Shown here: in pieces, positions 49,378 to 57,601 of the stretch
Layout of the letters: each line of letters begins with the position of its first letter
How positions within the stretch are numbered: the first letter of the stretch is position 1
Source: an uncultured candidate division Zixibacteria bacterium
Lineage (GTDB): Bacteria; Zixibacteria; MSB-5A5; UBA10806; 4484-95
Assembly: GCA_963668625.2 (NCBI GenBank)
Contig: CAXXKA010000010.1
Span: forward strand, 384,001 to 448,000
Reading direction: 5' to 3'
DNA length: 64,000 nucleotides
The notes under the pieces: generated by a model
Told to the model about the DNA's origin: nothing
The model's input: only the letters and a program-made list of their open reading frames with translations
Databases searched by the model: none
Made by a program: the position numbers and the translations under genes

Positions 49378-49495
49378 AATCAGGAAAAATTAGAAGCTGT
49401 CCCCGGCGATCTGCCGGGAACAGCCCGCTGTTAAGGCATTGGGAATTTACTCCCAACGCAAAATGAAGTGTAACTAACAAGGAATCAAAAAGCAA
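49378..49495 (-). ncRNA. Putative antisense small RNA C with its own promoter
   Basis: Minus-strand TTGCTT-17-TACACT (49495-49467); hairpins TTGGGA/TCCCAA (49439-49456) and GCTGT...ACAGC (49396-49424). Confidence 0.5.
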
Positions 49496-49570
49496 ACTTC
49501 TTGTGATAATGAGATATTGTTTTAGTGGTACACGCGGGAATCGCAAGAAGTAAAAGAGAAGAGATTACGT

Positions 49571-52210
49571 ATGAAAAGAGAGTTGTTTTTAATAAAGGTT
49601 GTAATACTATTTTGTGTTATGACTATTTGTGTCCTGGCAGATCCTCCTGCCAATGATGATTGTGTCAATGCCGATGATGCCGGGACTCTTGTATCGGGAT
49701 CGACTGTGCAGCTTACCGGCACTACAGTTGATGCTACTCAGGATTGCGGTTATAACAGCAATTCCGAGGTATGGGTAAAGTTCACATTGGCCGGTTGTAT
49801 GGATGTTACCATTGATTTCTGCGATGACCCCTCCATTGTAACCGAATGGTCATATGTCTTGTATGATGGATGCCCATGCGATAATTCCACAACGTTTGAT
49901 TACGCCGAAGTGTGTGGTTCGAGTTCTAACTATTCACGTACCTGGCATAGCATGGAAGCCGGTACATATTACTATTCGATTTTACAGCCACATCGCTCCC
50001 CGGGACCTTATACTGTAAATGTCACCGGAATTGACTGTCCTGATGCACCGGTTAATGACAACTGTGGTAACGCAATATCAATCGGCGAGGTAACCGATTA
50101 CTCTTTTTCCACCAGAAGCGCGACCTACGATGGCAACGGCACATGTATTACCTCTGGCGCGAATGTCTGGTTTGTTTACACGGCATCAAACACATTTTCA
50201 GCTCGTATCAGCCTGGACGGCTCACATTACAATACGATGATGGCTGTTTATAATGGCACCGATTGCTCGCATCTTCCCACCCGATTAGGCTGTACCGCGA
50301 GTGATCACCTGGATATCTCGGTGGTTAGCGGGCAATCATATTTAATCGAAATTGGCGGAGTAAATGATGCTGAGGGTTATGGTCTGCTAACTATAAGTGA
50401 GGCTCCTGTAACGCCGGCCAATGATGATTGTGCCGACGCCGATGATGCCGGGACATTACTGGATGGTGTGACCGTTCAACTTACCGGCGATACGGATGGG
50501 GCTACTACCGATTGTATGAATCATCATGACCCGGAGGTGTGGATTAGTTTTACTTTAAGCTCCTGCATGAATGTTACGATCGATTTCTGCGATGATGCTA
50601 ATACTGTTAGTAATCCTTCCATGAACTTATTTGGTGAATGTCCCTGCGCGGATATGGTTTTTTATAATTCACAAGTAAACTGCCCGCATGGCTCTAATCT
50701 GTCCACTTCCTGGAATAATTTAGCCGCCGGCGATTATTATTATCCCATTTTCAGTAATGGTAACCCGTACACTGTCAATATTACCGGAGTTAATTGTACT
50801 CCACCGATCGGCGCTTGCTGCATGAATGGCGGCATGACCTGCACTGGAGACACAGAAGAAGACTATTGTGTAAACACTCTACGTGGCACCTGGATGGGTG
50901 AAGGTTCAACCTGTGGCGATTACGATGAGCACTCTGGTTGGTCGGGTTGTCAGACTCCTGAACTTGGCGCTTGCTGCATAAATGGCGGCATGAACTGCAC
51001 TGAAAGCACAACAGAAGACTATTGTGTAAACACTCTGCGCGGCACCTGGATGGAGGATGGTTCTACCTGCGGTACCTATGATCATGAAACCGGCTGGTCG
51101 GGTTGCAGCGTGCAACCTGAACTTGGCGCTTGCTGCATGAATGGCGGCATGACCTGCACTGGAGACATAGAAGAAGACTATTGTGTAAATACTCTTCGCG
51201 GTACCTGGATGGGTGAAGGTTCAACCTGTGGCGATTACGATGAGCACTCCGGTTGGTCGGGTTGTCAGACACCTGAACTTGGCGCCTGCTGTATGAATGG
51301 CGGCATGACCTGCACTGGAGACACAGAAGAAGACTATTGTGTAAATACTCTACGTGGCACCTGGATGGGTGAAGGTTCAACCTGTGGCGATTACGATGAG
51401 CACTCCGGTTGGTCTGGTTGTCAGACACCTGAACTTGGCGCCTGCTGTATGAATGGCGGCATGACCTGCACTGGAGACACAGAAGAAGACTATTGTGTAA
51501 ATACTCTACGTGGCACCTGGATGGGTGAAGGTTCAACCTGTGGCGATTACGATGAGCACTCTGGTTGGTCGGGTTGTCAGACACCTGAACTTGGCGCCTG
51601 TTGTATGAATGGCGGCATGACCTGCACTGGAGACACAGAAGAAGACTATTGTGTAAATACTCTACGTGGCACCTGGATGGGTGAAGGTTCAACCTGTGGC
51701 GATTACGATGAGCACTCCGGTTGGTCGGGTTGTCAGACACCTGAACTTGGCGCTTGCTGCATAAATGGCGGCATGAACTGCAATGAAAGCACAACAGAAG
51801 ACTATTGTGTAAACACTCTACGCGGTACCTGGATGGAGGATGGTTCTACCTGCGGTACCTACGATCATGAAACCGGTTGGTCGGGTTGCAGCGTCACTAC
51901 TACTTACGAATACCTCCCCGGTGATGCCAACATGGCTGCCGGCTCGTGGCCGCCGAATGTAATCGGCGCGGATGTCACCTACCTGGTGAACTATTTCCGG
52001 GCTATCGCCGCACCATGCCTGGTCGGTGGTTTCTATAACTCGGCTGATGCTAACGGAGATTGTTCGGTAATCGGTGCTGACGTTACCTACCTTGTTCAGT
52101 ATTTCCGAGGCGCGAACGAATTACATTACTGCCCGGACTATGAGCCAACCTGGCAAAACAGTGGCGATTTACCGGCCGAGGCTCCCGATGGCTGGCCGAA
52201 TTGCGAATGA
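49571..52210 (+). CDS. Secreted Cys-rich protein: 3 PPANDDC modules, 7 GACC repeats, dockerin
   Basis: Signal peptide; 52-aa repeats; invariant dockerin C-terminus. Confidence 0.8.
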   Translation: MKRELFLIKVVILFCVMTICVLADPPANDDCVNADDAGTLVSGSTVQLTGTTVDATQDCGYNSNSEVWVKFTLAGCMDVTIDFCDDPSIVTEWSYVLYDGCPCDNSTTFDYAEVCGSSSNYSRTWHSMEAGTYYYSILQPHRSPGPYTVNVTGIDCPDAPVNDNCGNAISIGEVTDYSFSTRSATYDGNGTCITSGANVWFVYTASNTFSARISLDGSHYNTMMAVYNGTDCSHLPTRLGCTASDHLDISVVSGQSYLIEIGGVNDAEGYGLLTISEAPVTPANDDCADADDAGTLLDGVTVQLTGDTDGATTDCMNHHDPEVWISFTLSSCMNVTIDFCDDANTVSNPSMNLFGECPCADMVFYNSQVNCPHGSNLSTSWNNLAAGDYYYPIFSNGNPYTVNITGVNCTPPIGACCMNGGMTCTGDTEEDYCVNTLRGTWMGEGSTCGDYDEHSGWSGCQTPELGACCINGGMNCTESTTEDYCVNTLRGTWMEDGSTCGTYDHETGWSGCSVQPELGACCMNGGMTCTGDIEEDYCVNTLRGTWMGEGSTCGDYDEHSGWSGCQTPELGACCMNGGMTCTGDTEEDYCVNTLRGTWMGEGSTCGDYDEHSGWSGCQTPELGACCMNGGMTCTGDTEEDYCVNTLRGTWMGEGSTCGDYDEHSGWSGCQTPELGACCMNGGMTCTGDTEEDYCVNTLRGTWMGEGSTCGDYDEHSGWSGCQTPELGACCINGGMNCNESTTEDYCVNTLRGTWMEDGSTCGTYDHETGWSGCSVTTTYEYLPGDANMAAGSWPPNVIGADVTYLVNYFRAIAAPCLVGGFYNSADANGDCSVIGADVTYLVQYFRGANELHYCPDYEPTWQNSGDLPAEAPDGWPNCE
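50810..51889 (+). repeat. Intragenic tandem repeat, 7 units of ~156 bp
   Basis: Units start at about 50810, 50966, 51125, 51281, 51437, 51593 and 51749; two subtypes in the order A-B-A-A-A-A-B; near-identical DNA. Confidence 0.9.
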
Positions 52211-52308
52211 ACTTCTGATTCGAGTAATTAAATTCAGCTACTACTTCTTGAAAAGTGCTCTAGCGCTTTGACCTTGATCTACGAAAGGCGGCCTTAACGG
52301 GCCGCCTT
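52211..52308 (+). repeat. Conserved post-dockerin trailer, copy 4, with terminator hairpin
   Basis: Same trailer; AAGGCGGCC-TTAACG-GGCCGCCTT. Confidence 0.85.
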
Positions 52309-52358
52309 CGTAGATTTATAGTTTATCGATACCAGGCATACAGGAAACTATCAAAATA

Positions 52359-52670
52359 CTACTTTTTGTTCTCTACACTTTCAATTCTGCCGGTTATAGA
52401 CTGCTCTCGGTCTGTTCGTGTCGAGATTTTCAACGAGGTTACCACGCGCACTACGCCGTCCTCGTGAAGCTGATCGTGGCATTCGCGAATCGTGGCCATT
52501 ATCTCATCCCAGTCACCCTCGATATTGGTTCCCATCGTGTGAAGCCTGGTTTCCAGCCCGGCCTCGGCAAGTATCCTCTCGCATTTAGCTACGTATTTCG
52601 ATAGTGATATCCCAACGCCTATAGGCAGTATCTGGAAATCCGCGATTACTTTCAGTTTTTTTTCTGACAT
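52359..52670 (-). CDS. MTH1187/YqgV family thiamine-binding protein
   Basis: PIG...SLSKYVA, HTMGTNIEG.WDE and KISTRTD motifs. Confidence 0.88.
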   Translation of the reverse strand: MSEKKLKVIADFQILPIGVGISLSKYVAKCERILAEAGLETRLHTMGTNIEGDWDEIMATIRECHDQLHEDGVVRVVTSLKISTRTDREQSITGRIESVENKK

Positions 52671-52751
52671 ATTTACCTCCGTTCAACTTGATTTTATAAC
52701 CGTTTCGGTATACGAAATGTTCTTATACTTCTAGAATATTATAGATTAAAT

Positions 52752-53006
52752 CACTAGTGTCCGGTGTTTTTCGTTAAATTTTAAATTTCTCCTTGGAATT
52801 GTTAATGAAAAATATTTTCCGATATAATTATTATATTCAGCGTATCATTCATCCTGACATATCCTGCCGATGTTAGGCTTGGTTTTCTGGTTTCCAAGCG
52901 CTGCTTGGAAACCTTCTTGAATCATGTAGAATGCGCATTCTGCCGGCAAACAAGCCACGTTGCGAAGCAGCGCTTCGCAACGAGATGAAAAGACCGGACA
53001 GTAGTG
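52752..53006. mobile_element. Non-autonomous IS4-type MITE (255 bp)
   Basis: Ends CACTAGTGTCCGGT and ACCGGACAGTAGTG (13/14) resemble the IS4 ends at 9520/10847; flanks AGATTAAAT and AAATTAAAT (8/9 target duplication); no ORF. Confidence 0.75.
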
Positions 53007-53228
53007 AAATTAAATAGAAATGAAAATATCACGATATTATGCGTGTTTGACGAAACAGCAGGATATGCTCCTGCCATCAGCTTATAACATACGTGTTTAT
53101 CATTGTCATGAGGGCAACAAATAGCTTGCGGTCAAAAGGCAATCGACGTAATATAGCCCAATAAATACGAGGGAGAATGTAACTATCCTGAAAATGATCT
53201 TAAATATCAAATAATAGCGGAGAGATAA

Positions 53229-56200
53229 ATGAAAAGGTATGTCATCCTGTTTGCATGCGCGTTTGCAGTTGCCGGAACTTTTTTGTTCTCTGAGGTAAAA
53301 GCCGATACTGAAGAAGCCTGGAAACAGCTCAGTCAGTTGAATATATCAGATGCCAAAGCCATGTTCGCGAATGAACTGGCCTCGCATCCCGATGATTTAG
53401 CCTGTATGAGGGGACTGCTGTTGGCCTCGCATTTCGATCTGGATTACGCTACGCAAATAGAGATGATAGAAAGACTGATTGCGGCGGATAAATCGAGCCC
53501 CAACCTGGCGCCACTTTCGGAATTCGTCAATGCCGAGCTGGGTGATTGGGCCGAATGCAACCGGTTGAGTTTCGAAATAGGAGAGGCGCTGGCCAATAAC
53601 GCCAAAGGCCCCTGGGCTCATACCGGTCGTTTACTCATGGAGGGGTACTACACCGAGGCCGATTTCAGCCTCCCCGAGGGCTGGCTTCGCCGTATGAATT
53701 ATGCTCCTGGTTGCTGGGTTTGCGGACCGTTCGAGAATAATTCCAATATCGCGGCGTACCGTCCTGTCGAATTCGAGAATCAGTCCCTCGATACGTTGGC
53801 CACCGTTGCCGGTAAAATCGGTACCAGGGCCGGCTGGACCTGGTTGCCTGCAGACGATTTCGGAAATTTCCTGCCTTATTATGCGATCGAGAATACTCAG
53901 GACGTGGCTATGCAGGCGCGGTTTTATTTCGAGCTTCCCGACGATATGGAGATACTCGTGCTGATGGGAGGGGCGCTCAATTACCGTATCTTATTCGATG
54001 GCGTGCCGGTACACGATGATCCACGATATAGAAATGCCGTGCAGCGGGAGGCGTTCGAGATAGATGCCGGAGCAGGCATGCATGAAATAACCGTCGTACT
54101 AGGGACAACCGATCAGGGGTTGACATTCGGTCTTCAGGTATTGAATAGCGATTACGAGAACATAGATGGTTTCAAATGGCATCGCTACGGCAAGGTAAAG
54201 AGAGGCGGAAGTTTCGATGTCGAGCAAATTCATCCGCTATTCGATCCGTTCGAAAGCTACGTGGCCGAACACGGTGAAGAGCCCGATACCAGATTGTGGC
54301 GCACCTACCTTCAGATATATAACGGTTATTCCGATGAAGCCGTGCGAACGCTCGAAACGCTTTACCACAAGCAAAAAGCGGATCCGATCGATATTTACCT
54401 GCTGTTCGTGGCGCTCACTCTAAACAACGAGCCTCAACTCGGCTTGAGATATTTGAGTACGATAATGGATGATATTCATGTTCCACTTATCGAATTCAGG
54501 TGGATAGAGAATACCGTTGAAAATTATGAGATACAGGTAAATACCTATTGCCAACTCGATAGCGTATACCCAGACAGATTCCCGATCGAATTGACTGCGG
54601 GCTTGAAACCTCTCTTGAAGCAGGATAAAAAAGGGTTATTCGAAAATTACGACAGGCTTCTGCAGAAATACCCGAACGCGGTCGGTATTCACAGTTTTCT
54701 TACCATGATGTATAGCCAGGTGGTGAGAGACCCGGAAGCGGCTTATCGGGAGGCAAAAGCATTCAGCGAGCAAGCTAATAACAAGCGATACCTGATAACG
54801 ACTGAACCTCGCTATCTCGTGACACTGGCGAGATACGATGAGGCTATCGAGAAGGCCAGGCAGGCTTTCTACCTATCGAAATATTCCGATCAGGCGTTGA
54901 CCGAACTGTATTATACTTATAGTATGGCTAAGCGTGAAAAAGAGATGATTCCCATACTGGACAGCCTGAAGGAGATCTATCCTTACAATATCGAACTGTA
55001 CAGCAAGCTTTATGAAATTTATTCCGAGGCAAGCGAGTACGATAAAGCCAACAAAGTACTCGAGCGAATTCACGCGATCAAACCATCGGCGGTTAAACCG
55101 TATCAGGTTCTCGAAAGTCTTCATAACAATGAAACGTATGACAAAATATTCGGCTCCGTGGATGTATTGGAATACTGGGATATGACCCCAACCCCCGAAC
55201 AGCTTAATAACAACGATTTCTGGTACGTGCTGGATAAACGTCAGGCGTTGTTGTTCGATTCCGGCGTGGTGCTCAAGGATATTCATTACGCTATCGCGTT
55301 ATTGGATGAGGATGTTATCGCCCAGTACCAGGAGATGAATCTAGGATTCGACCCCGATTACTCGTTTAACAATCTTCTGGTAGCGCAAAGACTGAGAAAA
55401 GGACAACCACCGATGGCGGGTACGGTCGAGGGCGAGTATGCCGTATTCCAGGATTTAAAACCCGGTGATGTTATCGAGATACACTATCGCTACTGGGAAA
55501 GCCGAGACGGCGACCTGTGGAACGAGTTCTGGGGGACATACATGACTCACAGTGATTTCTTCCAGCGCTACTGGGACTATACGATTCTGACCAATAGGGA
55601 TGATATTCGTTACCTATCGATCGATCCGGCTCCCGATCCGAAGATTTCCAAACATTGTGGTTTTAAGAAATATACCTGGAGTGGTGAGAAAACTCCGGCC
55701 CTGAACATGAATAATGCCATGTTACCGCCGGTTCCCGATATCGTAGGTGTGGTGATTGTTACCACGCTTGATAACTGGGACGTCCTGAACGACTGGTACT
55801 ATTCGATCAGCCAGGCTGTACTGGGCGATAACCCTCGCGCAGATGCTCTGGCCGACAGTCTGGTCGGGGGGATTATGAGCGACAGCAGAAAACTCGAGGT
55901 CCTTTTCGAGCATATCGTCATGGGTATTCCCTACCAGATGATCGGTTTCGATTATCATGCCTCGATACCCAGGAAACCGGATGATGTTTTGCTGAACCGC
56001 TGGGGAGATTGCAAAGATAAAGGTCACCTGCTTATTCATATGCTGCGCCATGTCGGTCTCGAGGCCTGGCCGGTTCTGGTGATGACTCGTGACTTAGGCA
56101 CCAGCATGCCGCTTCCGTATTTCGGATTCAATCACCTTATCGCCGGATGTATCATCGATGGTGATACGCTCTATGTGGATGCCACGGATATTCCTGTCGA

Positions 56201-56954
56201 TCCCAAATCCTCTATCGCCAACGATATCGCGGGCCAGCCGATTTTACAGGTCGGATTGAAAGGCTTCGCCAAAAAACTCAAAAAACTACCGGATGCCGAA
56301 AGTGAGGATTCCCACTGGAAAATGAAAATGGTATTGCAGCCATCGGAAGGGAGCAAGTACCGTTTTCGATACATTCGCGACTACTATAAGCTCGAGGCCG
56401 GTTTGAGCCGTTACGACCTTCGGGGATATTCGAGCGAGGAATTGAGAAACGACCTGGAATCGGCTTACTCGGATAACTGGGGAGTGATCCTTTCTATCGA
56501 TTCGGTTACGTTCGACACTCCCGAAAGTATTGCGCCGGAATTCAATCAGACCTGGTACGGCGAGATGGAAATATCCACGCAGAAAATAGGCAACACCACT
56601 ATCATGAATTTGCCGTCGTGGTCAACAATCTCGAAAGGCCTGATACCAATGCTCGGTGATCCCGATGAGAGACGTTTTCCGGTCGATAGAAATGATTATA
56701 TTGGCGTGTTCGAAAAAGAGCTCGAGATCAAAGTGCCTGATGATTACGGTCGACCGAAACCAATAAAGGCTTTCGAGCTGAAAAAAGGCCAATTACAATT
56801 CGAGTACGATTATAATTGGAATGATGATACGAGAACGCTCAACCTGGTGTATAATCTAAAAATCGAGCAGGGTTATAGTAAGCCGAAAGATTTTACAGGA
56901 TTCATCAAAAAAGTAATAGATACGTTCGATAGCCCGCTGTTGTTCGAAAAATAG
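53229..56954 (+). CDS. Secreted TPR + DUF3857 + transglutaminase-like protein
   Basis: Signal peptide; helical TPR-like region; LKPGDVIE; Cys-His-Asp triad motifs GDCKDK, FNHLI and YVDAT. Confidence 0.8.
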   Translation: MKRYVILFACAFAVAGTFLFSEVKADTEEAWKQLSQLNISDAKAMFANELASHPDDLACMRGLLLASHFDLDYATQIEMIERLIAADKSSPNLAPLSEFVNAELGDWAECNRLSFEIGEALANNAKGPWAHTGRLLMEGYYTEADFSLPEGWLRRMNYAPGCWVCGPFENNSNIAAYRPVEFENQSLDTLATVAGKIGTRAGWTWLPADDFGNFLPYYAIENTQDVAMQARFYFELPDDMEILVLMGGALNYRILFDGVPVHDDPRYRNAVQREAFEIDAGAGMHEITVVLGTTDQGLTFGLQVLNSDYENIDGFKWHRYGKVKRGGSFDVEQIHPLFDPFESYVAEHGEEPDTRLWRTYLQIYNGYSDEAVRTLETLYHKQKADPIDIYLLFVALTLNNEPQLGLRYLSTIMDDIHVPLIEFRWIENTVENYEIQVNTYCQLDSVYPDRFPIELTAGLKPLLKQDKKGLFENYDRLLQKYPNAVGIHSFLTMMYSQVVRDPEAAYREAKAFSEQANNKRYLITTEPRYLVTLARYDEAIEKARQAFYLSKYSDQALTELYYTYSMAKREKEMIPILDSLKEIYPYNIELYSKLYEIYSEASEYDKANKVLERIHAIKPSAVKPYQVLESLHNNETYDKIFGSVDVLEYWDMTPTPEQLNNNDFWYVLDKRQALLFDSGVVLKDIHYAIALLDEDVIAQYQEMNLGFDPDYSFNNLLVAQRLRKGQPPMAGTVEGEYAVFQDLKPGDVIEIHYRYWESRDGDLWNEFWGTYMTHSDFFQRYWDYTILTNRDDIRYLSIDPAPDPKISKHCGFKKYTWSGEKTPALNMNNAMLPPVPDIVGVVIVTTLDNWDVLNDWYYSISQAVLGDNPRADALADSLVGGIMSDSRKLEVLFEHIVMGIPYQMIGFDYHASIPRKPDDVLLNRWGDCKDKGHLLIHMLRHVGLEAWPVLVMTRDLGTSMPLPYFGFNHLIAGCIIDGDTLYVDATDIPVDPKSSIANDIAGQPILQVGLKGFAKKLKKLPDAESEDSHWKMKMVLQPSEGSKYRFRYIRDYYKLEAGLSRYDLRGYSSEELRNDLESAYSDNWGVILSIDSVTFDTPESIAPEFNQTWYGEMEISTQKIGNTTIMNLPSWSTISKGLIPMLGDPDERRFPVDRNDYIGVFEKELEIKVPDDYGRPKPIKAFELKKGQLQFEYDYNWNDDTRTLNLVYNLKIEQGYSKPKDFTGFIKKVIDTFDSPLLFEK

Positions 56955-56977
56955 CAATAGTGATAAAGACCGATAGC

Positions 56978-57601
56978 CTATCGTATCTGCGGCAAGTCTT
57001 TGGCGAGCTGGCGAAGGTTTTCTTTTAGCGGTTTCATCGCCTCGCCGTCCAATCCGTCATGGTAGCTTCTGATTTGGCCAAGATGATCGACTACGATGAA
57101 TTTCGAGGAATGACCCATCGGCAAAGATTCGGCGGCCAGTAAAAATTGCTTTTCGCATAGCTCTACGACATCCTCGATAGGAGCGCTCAGAAACACCCAT
57201 CTGCTGTCCGTTATATTATGATTTTTAGCGTATTGGCGTTGAACCTCATAGGTATCTCTTTCAGGATCGACTGAAATTGTTATGAACTGAACCTGGGGAT
57301 AGTCGGCGTAGTAAGCATATAGATCGTACATGTTTTCGACGAGAATAGGGCAAATACTTTTACAGTTGGTAAAACCGAAATAAACGACATTCAATTTGCC
57401 TTTCATCTGCTCCAGGCTGAATGGTTGCTCGTTGTGGGCTGCGGTAAATCGGAAATCGGTTAGCGTATTATATACCGGCATCGACTGGCGCGACCGATGA
57501 GCCAGGTTAACCACGAGTATCGCGATGATTGCCAGTATTAGCGTGGCCGAAACGGAGTATATCAAGAACTTAGGGTGCCTATTGGTGTCAGGCATTTTCA
57601 A
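56978..57601 (-). CDS. SCO family copper chaperone
   Basis: FGFTNCKSICP (CxxxC), ISVDPERDT and a conserved His in MGHSSKF. Confidence 0.92.
   Translation of the reverse strand: MKMPDTNRHPKFLIYSVSATLILAIIAILVVNLAHRSRQSMPVYNTLTDFRFTAAHNEQPFSLEQMKGKLNVVYFGFTNCKSICPILVENMYDLYAYYADYPQVQFITISVDPERDTYEVQRQYAKNHNITDSRWVFLSAPIEDVVELCEKQFLLAAESLPMGHSSKFIVVDHLGQIRSYHDGLDGEAMKPLKENLRQLAKDLPQIR

Larger units (their letters stand above)
7564..52308. mobile_element. Composite genomic island at tRNA-Ser, no integrase visible
   Basis: Starts at the tRNA 3' end. Contains tRNA-Ser 3'-end duplications (14836-14854, 22249-22267), a tRNA(CAT) 3' half (45620-45665), IS4, pseudogenes and paralog arrays; essentially all genes are on +. 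Right boundary is approximate. Confidence 0.7.

Noticed and set aside
50810-51889. CRISPR array
   Set aside because: Units are ~156-bp in-frame coding repeats with no unique spacers, and there are no cas genes.
21708-52210. Diversity-generating retroelement template/variable repeats among the dockerin copies
   Set aside because: No reverse transcriptase in the window; differences are mostly synonymous and not adenine-specific.
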